Of a stretch of DNA of 64,000 nt, positions 1 to 12,680 are shown piece after piece; position 1 is the stretch's first letter; every line of letters starts with the position of its first letter. The stretch is from positions 2,392,205 through 2,456,204 of the forward strand of contig NC_057758.1 in the NCBI RefSeq assembly GCF_004010195.1, read 5' to 3'. Origin of the DNA: Chiloscyllium plagiosum (lineage: Eukaryota). Below the pieces are notes generated by a model. The model was not told where the DNA came from and searched no databases. It saw nothing but the letters and a program-made list of their open reading frames with translations. The translations under genes and the position numbers were made by a program.

Positions 1-226
1 GGAGAAAGTGAGGTCTGCAGATGCTGGAGGTCAAAGTTGAAACTTTATTGCTGGAACAGCACAGCAGGTCAGCACAGGCCCTTCTTCAGGAATCTTCGAC
101 GTTTCGGGCACAGGCCCTTCTTCAGGAATGGATTCCTGAAGAAGGGCCTGTGCCCGAAACGTCGAATCTCCTGTTCCCTGGATGCTGCCTGACCTGCTGT
201 GCTGTTCCAGCAATAAAGTTTCAACT
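1..226. mobile_element. Penelope-like element terminal-repeat hairpin (non-autonomous, inverted arms)
   Basis: Positions 35-72 and 95-129 are reverse complements of parts of 133-226. The sequence is nearly identical to the element at 33702-34001. It may be truncated by the window start. Confidence 0.75.
131..168 (+). ncRNA. Minimal type I hammerhead ribozyme motif (PLE-associated)
   Basis: GATTC-CTGAAGA-A-GGGC(CTGT)GCCC-GAAA-CG-TC-GAATC. It has the CUGANGA and GAAA cores, a 4-bp stem II, a 5-bp stem I (GATTC/GAATC), a palindromic ACGT stem III and a predicted GUC cleavage after 163. An antisense copy lies at about 95-128. Confidence 0.7.
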
Positions 227-458
227 GTATTATAGACCCCCCTAATAGTCAGAGGGAAATTGAGAAACAAACTTGTAAGGAGATTTCAGCTATCTTAAGA
301 ATAACAGGGTGGTTATGGTAGGGGATTTTAACTTTCCAAACATAGACTGGGACTGCCATAGTGTTAAGGGTTTAGATGGAGAGGAATTTGTTAAGTGTGG
401 ACATGGACGGGTTGGATCGAAGGATCTGTTTCCATGCTGCACGTCTCAATGACTCTAT
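227..458 (+). mobile_element. CR1 LINE fragment (APE endonuclease piece joined to 3' tail)
   Basis: Encodes YYRPP and VVMVGDFNFPNIDWD endonuclease motifs, then a CR1-type tail (gtttccatgctg...tgactctatg). Confidence 0.7.
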
Positions 459-530
459 GTTAGAAACAAAAAATTAGGAATTGCTGGAAAAGTTCAGCGG
501 GTCTGGCAGCATTAGTGGAGAGAAACCAGA

Positions 531-566
531 GTTAACGTTTCAGGTCGAGTGACCCTTCCTCAGAAC
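531..566 (-). ncRNA. Minimal hammerhead ribozyme motif in a PLE terminal fragment (463-566)
   Basis: Minus strand reads GTT-CTGAGGA-A-GGGTC(ACTC)GACCT-GAAA-CG-TT-AAC, with stem I GTT/AAC and a 5-bp stem II (one G-U pair). Confidence 0.6.
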
Positions 567-1148
567 AGTAAACGATGTCACTGTCTTTTACAGAGCGGGA
601 CACCTGGGCCAATTTTTCCAGAATCTGCCCCTTCCCTGTATTCACTTCCCTAACGTGCAAGTCAACAATTTAACTCCGAATCAGAAAACAACTGAAAAAA
701 AGGGGTAAATGCTCACGGATGATTGACACGGCAGGATGTTTCAGTCCGGCTGAAATTCAATCTTCATTCAGAGAGAGATCGGGTGCATCAGCAGCTTCAA
801 AAGCACATTGCCCAACTTCCGCATTCAGACAATAGGGCAGTGCAGATTGGCTGGAGGACCAGTTTGCTTCCGGTCCTCCAGTGTTTCCCATTGGCCAATT
901 GTGATGCTCGTCAATCGGTAGCGTACATGCCCCTGTGAGTAGGCATGCGCGAGTCTACACGTCAAACCCAGTGCAAAACCAGCGCATTCAAATATTTCCT
1001 GTGTCCAACTGGGACATGAGAATCTGTCGTCCTCCGTGTTCGATCATCCAGATGCGAATCTTCAGGAGCTTTCTCATTTAAAGCTAAAGGACGTCAAGGT
1101 GCGGGAACAAATGTTTTTTTTGGTTGAGACATTGATCTCAAGCTCGGC

Positions 1149-1242
1149 GAAAGTGAGATTGCAGATGTTGGAGGTTAGAGTCGAGAGTGTGATGCTGGAA
1201 AAGCACAGCAGGTCAGGCAGCGTCCGAAGAGCAGGAAAATCG
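1149..1242 (-). mobile_element. PLE terminal fragment
   Basis: Similar to the left arm of the elements at 1-226 and 33702-34001 (gaaagtgag..tgcagatg.tggag...gctggaaaagcacagcaggtcaggcagc). It is truncated before the ribozyme core. Confidence 0.6.
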
Positions 1243-2004
1243 CCACACTCTCGACATTGATCTGAAGCTAGCAGCCTCACCACTGGGAGGTAGTATTGAG
1301 AGACATGTTTTAATCGAATGCATAAAAGCATTTTTGTACTTTACGCCTGTTCACATGACATAATTCATGATGCCTTTTTGAATACCTATATATCGCTACG
1401 TCTGTCACTCAAGCAGATTACTGCCTCACAACTCAAAGCTCAACCAGGCAACTCTTAGCTGCGGGATCTCAGCTTCCCCAGGAACTGGGCAAGCCAGAAT
1501 TAATCTTTATGCAATTAGGGAAGAGATATCCATCTCTCTTCCTCTCTCTCTCTTCCCCATGGCACTTTCTAACGCTATAGTTGAAGGAATCTCACCCACA
1601 TCCCACTATGAGCACCTGAGATTAAGGAGCAGGAATGGACAATTCCACCCCTGGAGCCTACACCACCATGGCTGATCTCATCTCGCCCTCAAATCCACTT
1701 TCCTGTCCGCCCATCATAACCCTTCAACCAGTTACGAACTAAACATTTGTCTCTATCGTCTCAACATTCTGTCGTGCACCGCATCATGGGAGAATTAATT
1801 CCATTGTTTCACAACCAATTGAGGGAATAATTCCCCCTCATCATTCTGTTAAATCTGCACCTTCTTAGCCTCAATTTTTTTATTCCCTCATGGTAGATGG
1901 ACATGGCGGGCTCAGTGAGTACATCTTACCCATTCGTAGTAGGGCTTGAGAAATTGGAAGTGAGCTACTTTTTTTAACCACTGCAATCCAAATACTGTCG
2001 CTGG

Positions 2005-2185
2005 ACAGGCCACCCAAAATGATGGACTCCTCTCTGTAGCTCAAACCCTTCAACCCTGACAATATCCCTGTTAATCTTTTCTGAGCCCTTTCAAATTTCA
2101 CAACATCCTTCCTAGTGGAGCGAGACCAGAATTGCACACAATGTTACCAAAGTGGCTGAACCAATTTTCTGTACAGCCGCAAGAT
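2005..2185 (-). mobile_element. CR1 LINE ORF2 C-terminal fragment
   Basis: Minus-strand translation QFWSRSTRKDVVKFERAQKRLTGILSGLKGLSYRE is typical of the CR1 ORF2 C-terminus. Confidence 0.7.
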
Positions 2186-2219
2186 GAATTTGAATTGAAT
2201 GGAATTGACCTGATTGCCA

Positions 2220-3720
2220 TCCCCGTGACAATTGGAAACATTAAGTTGTTTACCAGACAAAGGGGCACCTCACAAACTTATTTGGAAAGGGCTACCTGAC
2301 CTAACTGCCCCCAACACCCCCCAGAATGGATGCCCAAGGATCATCCTGACATCAACATGTTGTTGATTACCTGTTCTGGTCCAATTGACAGGGTGATCGA
2401 GCCTTGAGCGATCTATTAGTAGACATTGAAGATTCTCCCAAAAGAGTGCAAAGTCTTCTGATTATAAGAATCATTGCCACATGGATCAAGATCTACTGTG
2501 GTGGTACATCAACACAAAATAGTTGATGAGATTTAACATGTAACTTGTTAGTTTGTGGTATATTTTGTTATAATATGCATTGTGTTGAATAAATAAATAT
2601 TCTGGTTTATTCATATTAAGAGTTGACTTGCAGTTTCTTTGCGAGATATAAGAGTGAAAATACACTACGTGGTAGGCACAACAAATTGGCATCCCAGATG
2701 GTATCTCCGTAAGATGTGACTTCGATGTTTCAAGATCGAATCCTACAGAACCTAATATTCATTGAGATTTTGCCTGAGCCATTTGTTAAGACGATAGCTG
2801 TCCCATACAATGGCCAAGTATTCAATAAATTGAATTGAATAGAAAGGTCAATATTGATCTGGTCTTTAAAGGATGAAACCAACAGATGTTTACGCCTGAT
2901 TAAGAACGCGACTGTTTCCTCTGTATGTGTGTGTGTTTGTGAGAGAGAAAGAGGAGAGATGGGGAATGGTTTCCTTAGTGGGATAGGTAAGGCAAAACAT
3001 AGAAAGTCAGTAGAGACTCGGTTGGATTACGACTGGAACATAGCAAAAGTAGTAGCCAGAGATGGATTCACCTCCATACCCTTTAATTAATCGTGAATGG
3101 CAGAGAAAGGCACTGGAGTAGAAGATTGTCCCATATAGGAAAAGAAGCTAAGGAAATACATTAGAAAGAAAACATGGCCTAGATTGGCAGAATTTTGCTG
3201 TAATGATGAAATGGGGCCACTATTCCTCGGGCAGAAACACTGGGAGGATTTAAGGAAGTTCAAGGGAAGCGGGCTTCCAAACTCGAAATGGTCAAAGCAA
3301 CGATGTGCTGTCTGGGACAATTGTTACGGTTGGAGCAGGATTTGAAAATGTTCTATAAAGAATTAGAAGACGCAAAAGAAGAAATCATGGAAAATGCAGC
3401 ACAGGACCAAAGAGATTAGGCAAACATATACACATGGGGTAACTCCAAACCGAGCGTGAGAAAGCGCATTAGGATACCTAGCGTGTAGTGTCACTTAAGG
3501 GGCTGCTGAGAATAAAGTGAGTCGCATGGAGTGTGCAGATCTAAAAGCAGCAATAAGGATCAGGCACCAGGCAGGTAGGCAGAAGAAACAAGCAGTTGCA
3601 GACCACATTCAGCGCCTGTGAGAGATTGACAAGTTAAAACCTCATTTCTCAATCCACAATGGAATGGAATAAAGAGGGAGGAGATGGGCAGGAGTAGACT
3701 GGAATGACCTCAGAAGATGT
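2220..3720 (+). mobile_element. Decayed LTR retroelement/ERV 5' end: LTR, PBS and gag-like pseudo-ORF
   Basis: AATAAA at 2588, an LTR-type end ...CAACA at 2683 and a PBS-like TGGCATCCCAGATGG at 2687. A disrupted ORF starts at ATG 3097 (MAEKGTGVEDCPI*EKKLRKYIRKKTWPRLAEFCCNDEMGP...) and is followed by a coiled-coil-like ECADLKAAIR segment. The LTR start is approximate. Confidence 0.55.
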
Positions 3721-4499
3721 GCAACATTATACTATGTGTACAGAGGATTTGGGTCATATATTGTGAATTGCTGGTGTCCCAGCAGTGAACCCTGTGGTAT
3801 CCCCACATATCACTACCTGCCGCTCTGAAAAGGGCCATTTAATCTAGCTGTCTGCTTCCTGCCCGTCAAGCAGTTCTCTGTCCACGTAAATATACGGATA
3901 TTTCATTATATTTTTTCTCTCATTCTACTGAACTCCAATCAGTTCAAGCTCATTCTTCTTAACCTCTTCTCGTTAGAAAATTCCTCCATTCGCAACATCA
4001 ACCAAGTGAAACTTCTCTGCCCTGCCTTCAACGCAAGAGTATCTCTTCTAAATGTACTCATCCAGTTCACAATATGTGGTGTGGTCTGACTTGTATCTTA
4101 GAAAGGTCCCGTTACTTGGACAATCCATTCCCTTTGTGATAATTGCCAGCGTTCAATTTGCCTTCTCTATTACATGTTGAACCTGTAAGCTACCCTTTTC
4201 AGTTTGATACACAAGAATTCCCGAACTCTTTGTGCAGCCAATCTGAAACGGAATGGTGTTCATCTGACAGTAAGTTGAGGAGTGTGCTGGAATATACTAC
4301 AAAGGATATGACAATAAACAATAACTGGACCCTTAGAAATAATGGGAGACATATGATTTGATCAAAGTGAGTTTATTTTTGGTGAACTTGCTGGATTTTA
4401 TATTTTGGTGTGGCTGAAAATGGTAGAATAAATTGTTGGGAAGGGTAGTCGTGGTAGGGGGACATGGCTTATTTGAATATTCAGGTTCAACAAGAGGTA

Positions 4500-7400
4500 A
4501 AGAGTAACTTGGGATAGAAGAGTGCCGCTTAAAGATTCTATGTGTGGAACCGGATGTGATCCTAAAGAAAACTCTTGTGTCAGTATTTACTCTGGAGAAA
4601 GACATGGAAGCTCGGGAACTTGGGAAAATAAATAGTGATGTCTTCAAAAGAGTGCACAAGAGAGAACAGTGGTGCTGGAGGTCTTATAATGCATAATGGT
4701 AGAGAAATCCCCAGGAATTCATCAAATTATCCCACAACATTATGGGAACCTTCAGAAGATATTTGTGTCATCAACAGCCACTATGAGGAGCCCAAAGATT
4801 GGAGGGTGGCTCATGTTTGTTCATGAATTACAGGCTGCAAGAAAACACCAGGAAAACACAGAGCAGTGAGACTGATGGAGGGAGTGGTTAAGTTGTTGGA
4901 GGAGAGTCTGAGAAAAGAATCTCCATCATTTGGAGAGGCAAGGAATGGTTAAGCATATTCTGCATGTGAGTTTCTGAGATGGTGACCAAGAGATACATGA
5001 AGGCAGACACTAGATGTTGTCCACATGGACTTTAGAAAGAACGTCAACAAGTTTCCACCAGGTTAATAAGGTAAGATTACACAGGATCAGGAAGTACTCG
5101 CCAACTTGTAATGGCAAATGGTGTTTCATGTAGATAAGTGTAAGGTCTTGCATTTTGGAAAGTCAAATGGTAGGAGATAATGATGAATGGTAGGGCCTTG
5201 AGGAGTGTAGTGGATCAGAGGGACCTTGGAGTTCATGAGTACAGTTCTTTGCAAGTGGAATCACATGCCAACAAGACAGTCAAGAAGGCTTTTGGCATAC
5301 TGGCCTTCATCAGTCAGGCATTGAGTACAGAGCTTTGGAGTTATGTTGCAGTTGTACAGCACATTGATGTGGCAGCGCTTGGAGTATTGTGTCACTTTCG
5401 GTGACTTTGCTATAGTAAGGATGTTATTAAACTTGAAAGTGTGCAGGAGAAATTTAAAAGGATGTTGCCAGACCTCATGGATCTAAGTTATAGTGAGAGT
5501 TTCGAAAAGCTAGTACTTTTTGCTTTAAAGCACTGAAATCTAAGGGGGATCTTATAGAAGCAGATGAGATCATGAGAGGTATGAATAGGGTGAATGCAAT
5601 CAGTCTGTTTCCCCAGATTTGGGAATCGAGAAGTAGAGAGCATCAGTTTAAGTTTAGAAGGGAAAGAAGAAAAGGAAATGAAAGGGCAAAGCTTTTCGGC
5701 AGAAGGAGGTACACAAATAAAACATAGAACATAGAACATTAAAGCGCAGTACAGATCTTTTGGCCCATGATGTTGCACCGACCTGTGGAACCAGTCTGAA
5801 GCACATCTATTTTATACTATTCAATTTTCATCCTTATCTTTATCCAATGATCATTTAAATGTCCTTAAAGTGGGCGAGGCTACTGCTGTTAACAGACCAT
5901 GAGTTCCATGGCCCTACTTATCTCTGAGTAAAGAAACTACCCATGACATCTATCCTATATCTACCACCCCTCAATTTAAAGCTATGTCCCCTCGTGTTGG
6001 CCATCACCATCCAAGGAAAAAGACTCTCACTGCCCACTCTATCTAACACTCTGATTATCTTATATGTTTCAATTAAGTCACCTCTCAACATTTTTCTCTC
6101 GAATGAAAAAAACCTCAAGTCCCTCATAAGACGTTCCCTCCATACCAGGCAGCATTCCATCACCTCTGAACCATTTACAAAGCTTTCACATCCTTCCTAT
6201 AATGTGGTGATCAGAACTGTATACAAACCTGGAAATGCCGCTGCACCCAGAGTTTTGTACAGCTGCAGTGAGATCTCATGTTTCCAAAACTCAATCAATC
6301 TACCTATCGAAGCTAATACAGCGTACACCTGCTTAACAACCCTATCAATCTGGGTGGCATCTATGAACATGGACACCGAGATCTCTCTGCTCATCTACAC
6401 TACCATTACCCAGTACTCTTTACTCCTTTCAAAATGAATCACACGTTTCCACATTAAACTCCATTTGCCACCTCTCAGCGCAGCTCTGCAGTTTTTCCAT
6501 GTCCCCTGTAACCTGCAACGTCCTTCAGCACCATCCAGAACTCCACCCATCTTCGTGACATCTGCAAATTTGCTAACCCATTCTCCTACTCCCTCATGTA
6601 GGTCATTTATAAAAATGACGAACAGCAGTGGCCTCAAAATAGTTCCTTGCGGGACAGCACTCGTAAATGAACTCCAGGATGAACATTTCCGCTCAACCAC
6701 TACCCTCTGTCCTCTATCAACTATCGAATTTATAATCCAAATCGCTAAACCACCCTCAATCCCATGCCTTCGTATTTTGTGCAATAGCCTACCGTGAGGA
6801 AAGGTGTCAAACGCCCTACTGAAAACCTACTGAAATATCAACCGATTGACCCTCAGCCACCTGTTTGGTCACCATCCCAAAGAACTCAATAAGGTTCGTG
6901 ACAAATGATCTACCCTTCACTAAACCATTCTGACTATTTCTCTCTTGATGATTATAAATCTTGTCTCTTACAAACTTTCCCAACACTTTACCCACAACTG
7001 AAATATGACTCACAGGTCTATAAATACAAGGGTTGTCTCTATGCCCCTTCCTGAACAAGGAGACAACATTTGCTATCCTCGAGTCTTCTGGCAATCTTGC
7101 TTTAGAAAGTGACGACATAAAGATCAAAGCCAAAGTATCTGCTGTCTCCTCCAAAGCTTCCCAGAGAATCCTAGGATAAATCCCATTCGGCCCAAGGGAC
7201 TTATCTATTTGCACACTTTCCAGATTTGCTAACACCTCCTCCTTGTGAATGTCCATTCCCATCTAGTCTAGTAGCCTGTATCTCCGTAGTTTCCTCGACA
7301 ACATTGTCTTTTTTCCAGTGTGAATATTGACGAAATATATTAATTTAATGCTTCCCCTAAAACTTCGGGCTCGACACACAACATCCCAATAGTGTCCTTG

Positions 7401-8380
7401 ATTGGCCCTAATCTTTCTCTAGTCATTCGTTTATTCCTGATATATCTCTGGAAAGCTTTAGGGTTTTCCTTGTTTCCACCTGCCAACGACTTCTCATTTC
7501 CACTCCTGGTTCTTCTTAGCTCTGTCTTTAGGTCTTTCCTGGCCAATTTGTAACTCGCAAACGCCCTAACTGAGCTCTCACGTCCAATCCTAACATAAGC
7601 CTTCTTCTTCCTCTTCACAAGGTATTCACATTCTTTAGTAAGTTACTGTTCCTTCGCTGAACAACTTCCTTCTTCCTGATAGGTACATAGTTATCAAGGA
7701 CAAGCAGTAGCTGTTCCTTGAATAAGCTCCACATTTCAATTGTGCCCATCTCCTGCAGTCTCCTTCCTGTTCCTACACATCCTAAATTTTGCTGAGTTGC
7801 TTCATAATTGCTTTTCCCCGGCAATAAATCTTGCCCTGCGTTATATACCTATTGCTTTCCGTCGCTAAACATAAACTGGATTGTTGTCACTATCACTGAT
7901 GTGCTGACCTACCTCCAAATCTAACACCTGGTCAGGTCCATTATCCGGTACCAAATCTAATATGGCATCGAAATTTGTTGGCTTGTCGACATGCTCTGTG
8001 ATGAAACAATTCTGCACACATTGGACAGAATCTGACCCATCAAAAGGACTTGAACTATAGTATTTCCAGTCAATATTTCGAAAGTTGAAGCCCTCGTAAC
8101 AACTACCCTGTTACTCTCGCTCCTGGCCATAATCATCTTTATTATCCTGTCTGCTACATTTCTGGAACATATGGAATGAGCTGTCAGCGAAAGTATTTGA
8201 GACATGTACAATACTTGCATTTGAAAGGTATTTGGGCAAATATCTGAATAAGAAAGTTTTTGGAACAACATGGGTCAAGTTCAGGGAAATGGGGTTAATG
8301 TGGATAGACAGTTTGGTCGACATGGAGCAGTTTGGGTTGATGGATCTGCCTCTGTGCGGTAGGACACTATGATTCTATGA
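4500..8380 (+). mobile_element. Degraded CR1 LINE (RT to 3' end), split by the nested element at 5721-8168
   Basis: SVFTLEKD, DVVHMDF and RALRSVVDQRDLGVH pieces lie in 4500-5720. The 3' region resumes at about 8169 (atatggaatgagctg...tgattctatga). Confidence 0.7.
5721..8168 (-). mobile_element. CR1 LINE, 5'-truncated and degraded, nested in antisense orientation
   Basis: ORF pieces include IDKSLGPNGIYPRILWE, YRPVSHISVVGK, PQGTILRPLLFVIFINDL and KFADVTK. The 3' tail (GTTCTAT)n lies at 5721-5738. Confidence 0.9.
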
Positions 8381-8384
8381 CACA

Positions 8385-8900
8385 ATAATCGGCTTAATGG
8401 TAGGAAGTATGGGTGTTCGTACAGAGTTGTTACTCAGACTGGAGGGCTGAAACTAACAGTGCCATGCGGTTCAGTGCTGGGTTCACTGTTGTGTGTCATT
8501 CATATAAACAAATTTTGATGAGAATATAAGAGTAATGGCTCGTCAGTTTGTGTGTGACACTAAAGTTATGGCACAGTGGAAAGTGAAGAAGGTTATATGA
8601 GAATACAATGGGACCAATAGCACTGCTAGGCCAATGAATAGAAGATGGAGTTTAATTTAGAGAAATGCAGGTGTTGGACTTATACTGTAAACGTTAGGGC
8701 CTGGGTAATGTTGTCAAACAGAGACCTAAGTTGAAGGTACCCAGTCGTTGAAAGTAGCATCACAGATATACCAGATGTTGAATAAAGCATCTGAGGCAAT
8801 TTCTTTTATTGGTTGATGCACTGAGAGTAGGAGTCATGTTGTGCCTGGAAAAGCTATTAGTGAGACTGCCAGAAGTGTGTTGCTGATCATCACCTGTGTC
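8385..8900 (+). mobile_element. Degraded CR1 RT fragment
   Basis: Degenerate GSVLGSLLCVIHIN, FVCDTKV and MEFNLEKC motifs. Confidence 0.6.
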
Positions 8901-10381
8901 CTTCAGGAATTGATAGCTAACATTCTTCACTGGGCCAACCGACATGTCACTCCCGACCCACAGCGATATCGCTGACTCTGCAGTGTGCTCTGAACATTTA
9001 GCATTGGGTAATGAATGCTGGTCCAACCAGTGACACCCACATCCCATGAATGAACCAATATAAGTATATTCTTCCCTCCCGATCCCTGCAAACACCTCCA
9101 GCTGCAACAGCTCGTACTGGCTTTGCATTATTCATAAAACTGTCACCATGTCCAGTGCCTGCAAATCCCTGTGTTCTTGACAGCTCATTAAACCCCGACA
9201 ATATTTCCTCTTCCTACTGCTCGCCTCCTACATTGACACCCCTTGCAACCCCTTTAAGACTTATTTCCATATTTGCTAGCCCTTTGTCGTTTTGTAAAAG
9301 AATAGTTTCCTTCAGAATTAATAGGTTTTCTTTTGATATTCTTCTGAGCCCCTCTTAATCAACTATGATACCTTACATCCTGAGTAAGGTGCAGGTGGGA
9401 ATTTCTTGCTGAAATTATGTCTGTTTCAATGGAATGTTCCTCTGTTCAATATTTTACACTGTGCCTTGAAATGTTTTAACTGTTCACTTGCAGTCATGCA
9501 TTCCACACAATTTATTCTGCTTAACTCAGTTAGTTGTCCACTCACACTCATGTCACTGGCTTTGTTTCTGTTTCTGTTTGTTCTTAGACCTTTGTGTGGT
9601 CACTTTTAAACTTCATAATCCTTTTGAAATTCACATTATCACAATTTCCCAGAGCATCTCTTACTGTGAGGTATCTCATTGAATCAGCTTCATCACACAA
9701 CAATTGATCTGAGACAGTTACATCCCAGCACAATGAGTTGTTCAAGGAAACACTGACAAAAAACATTTTCCAAACTTCTCTTTGAATATCACTTTTGCCT
9801 GTGTGATTGTCCAAGATGATATGCAATCTACGTTTCAAAAAGTATCACAATGCCTTTATTGCATTGTCGAATGATTTCCTCTTTAATGCAGTGATGAGCA
9901 AGAAAATGTTGTTTGGCAGCCTAAAACTGCACTCCCATTTTTGTTTCTGTCACCGATTAGCCAGCATTTGCATTCAGACTGATTCTACTCCATAATTCTA
10001 GGCCAAATGCTTTGTCTATGTTGCCTTTGCTTTCCATTGCTGTCAGGGCGAATCATCCTGCTTCACAATGCTGCCTGAGCCTCCACAAGGCCATGTACCT
10101 TTGAACATTTATGTTCCACCTGATATTCACCCTGTAACTATGTCTCCCTGTGGCTAAATCTCATTTATCTCTGCGTCACATGTCCATCTATTTTATTGCA
10201 GATACTATGTCCTTTCCAAAACAGAAAATTGAAATTTTCTGCACTCTTTCTCACAGTTTTTGTCACGAACCTATTCGCTGATGTGCAGTGTAGACAAACT
10301 CTGTCCATCCCTGTTCCTTTCTGCTCGTCTTCAACCGCATCATGAAGCTGTTCTAAGTCTACATTATACAGCATTTGCCAT

Positions 10382-10881
10382 NNNNNNNNNNNNNNNNNNN
10401 NNNNNNNNNNNNNNNNNNNNNNNNNNNNNNNNNNNNNNNNNNNNNNNNNNNNNNNNNNNNNNNNNNNNNNNNNNNNNNNNNNNNNNNNNNNNNNNNNNNN
10501 NNNNNNNNNNNNNNNNNNNNNNNNNNNNNNNNNNNNNNNNNNNNNNNNNNNNNNNNNNNNNNNNNNNNNNNNNNNNNNNNNNNNNNNNNNNNNNNNNNNN
10601 NNNNNNNNNNNNNNNNNNNNNNNNNNNNNNNNNNNNNNNNNNNNNNNNNNNNNNNNNNNNNNNNNNNNNNNNNNNNNNNNNNNNNNNNNNNNNNNNNNNN
10701 NNNNNNNNNNNNNNNNNNNNNNNNNNNNNNNNNNNNNNNNNNNNNNNNNNNNNNNNNNNNNNNNNNNNNNNNNNNNNNNNNNNNNNNNNNNNNNNNNNNN
10801 NNNNNNNNNNNNNNNNNNNNNNNNNNNNNNNNNNNNNNNNNNNNNNNNNNNNNNNNNNNNNNNNNNNNNNNNNNNNNNNNN
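10382..10881. other. Assembly gap (500 N)
   Basis: Run of N. Confidence 1.
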
Positions 10882-11046
10882 GTAGGTTGAAGTTGAAGTC
10901 AAGAACGTGCTGATTAAAATTCCTGGAATTCCCTCCATCTACAGCACGTGAACTACTTCTGCAACGATGGTGGCTAACCACCACCTTCTCAAGGGCTACT
11001 GGGGACAGACAATAAATATTGGTCTCAGCCAGTGACGCGCACATAA

Positions 11047-11675
11047 ATTGAATTGAATTGAAATTAATTGAATTGAATTTATTATCACGTGTACTGAGGC
11101 ACAGTGAAAAGCTTTTTCTCGCGAGTAATGCAGGCAGATCACATTGGTAATTAGCATGCATAGTAAATAATAGGTAAACAGCGGCAAACACAAAAATACA
11201 GGCACAGGCAAATGTAAAGAGTTTGTGAGTCAATTCAGTATTCTAATAATAGTAGGATATAAACTGTTATGAAATTGGCTTGTGCAATGTGTTCAGGCTT
11301 CTGTACTTTCTCCCCGATGGTAGAGGTTGCAGAAAAACGATTGCCAGGGTGGGATGGATCTTTGAAAATGCTGGCTGCCTTTCCTTGACAGCTGGCTGGG
11401 TGGATGGATTCTGTAGATCATTTGTTGACCTTTATGAATGTCCAGGCCGAGTTCACAATTCTCTGTAACCGTCACTGATCTTGAATGGCACAGTTACCAT
11501 TCCAGTTTGTGAGCTATCCAGACCAAATAATGTCGACAGCCCACCTATAAAAATTGGCAAGGGTATTCGCTGTCCCGCCAAATTTCCTCAGCATCCTCAG
11601 AAAAAAGAGATATTGTTGGGCCTTCGTAACCAGTGCGTCCACATGAAAAGTCCAAGAAAGCTTGTTGTAGTGACC
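11047..11675 (-). mobile_element. Rex1/Babar-like LINE 3' end
   Basis: Minus ORF LSWTFHVDALVTKAQQYLFFLRMLRKFGGTANTLANFYR matches the KAQQRLFFLRRLRKF C-terminal motif. An (AATTC)n microsatellite tail lies at 11047-11080. Confidence 0.7.
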
Positions 11676-11694
11676 AATTCCATTGCAGTATTTG

Positions 11695-12680
11695 AAAAAG
11701 GAAGCCATCTGTTATGTTTTATAGTGAAATTGGTCTTCAGGGGAGCAGATGCATTGGAGGCGGTGAAATTGTGATCAAAGGATGACATTTTTACAGGAGG
11801 AAAGGTGGGAGGAGGTGTACTCCAGTTAACTGTGGGAATCAGTTGGTGTGAAGCAAATGTCCATATGCCAGAATTGGAGATGGAGAGGTCCAGGAAGGGG
11901 AGGGTGGCATCCGAGATGGTCCAGGTGAATTTGAGGTCATGGTGGAAGGTGTTGGTGAAGTTGATGAACTGTTGAACCTCCTCGCAGGAGCATGAGGTGG
12001 CGCTGATACCATCATCGATGAAATGGAGGAGAAGGTGGGGAATGATGCCGTTGAAACTGAGGAAGATGGACTGTTCTACATTGGGGAGACAGGACGCCAC
12101 CCTGTTGGAAAGGTTCAGAGAACATCGCTGTGAACCATGCATGAAACCACACTACTGCCCTGTGCCTGAATAGTTTAACTCCCCCTCCCACTCTGCCAAG
12201 GGCAGGCAAGTCCTTGGTGTCCTCCAGCACCGAAATCTAGCCATCCGAGGACTAGAGGAGGAAAACCTCGTCTTCCACCTTGGAGCCCTCTAATGACACG
12301 GGAACAATGTAGATTTCACCACTTTCTTCATTACCCCTACCCCACCTAATCCCAGATCCAACCTTCCAACTCTGCACCACCTTCTTGAACTGTCCTACCT
12401 GTTCATCTTCCTTCTCACCTATCCACTCCACCCTCCTTTGTGACCTATCACAGTCAACCCCTCACCTCCATTTACTCATTGAATTCTGAGGAACAATCCT
12501 CATTGGACCCACACCCCACTCCCATTTTTCTCATATCCCCCTTGGGCTACCCCCTTTTTCCTGCGGAAGAGGTTTTGCTCAAAAATGTCACTCCCGTGCT
12601 CCATATATACTGTCTATCCATCTGTGCTTCTCCAGCATCACACTTTTCGACTCTGATCTCTAGCATCTGCAGTCATCCCT
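11695..12680. mobile_element. Penelope-like element with internal inversion (RT piece on minus, GIY-YIG end and terminal repeat on plus)
   Basis: Minus strand gives FIDDGISATSCS...LKFTWTISDATLPFLDLSI (PLE RT). The plus strand from about 12077 gives YIGETGR, then a pyrimidine-rich tract and a decayed ribozyme-bearing terminus (12560-12680). Confidence 0.8.

Noticed and set aside
9680..10381. Coding-looking minus-strand sequence with a PDSNG word reminiscent of integrase
   Set aside because: Multiple stops and no convincing DDE or zinc-finger motifs. It cannot be assigned by eye.
10165..11233. Long ORFs of 171-289 aa (also 54321-55283 and 54504-55142)
   Set aside because: Artefacts of reading through N gaps.
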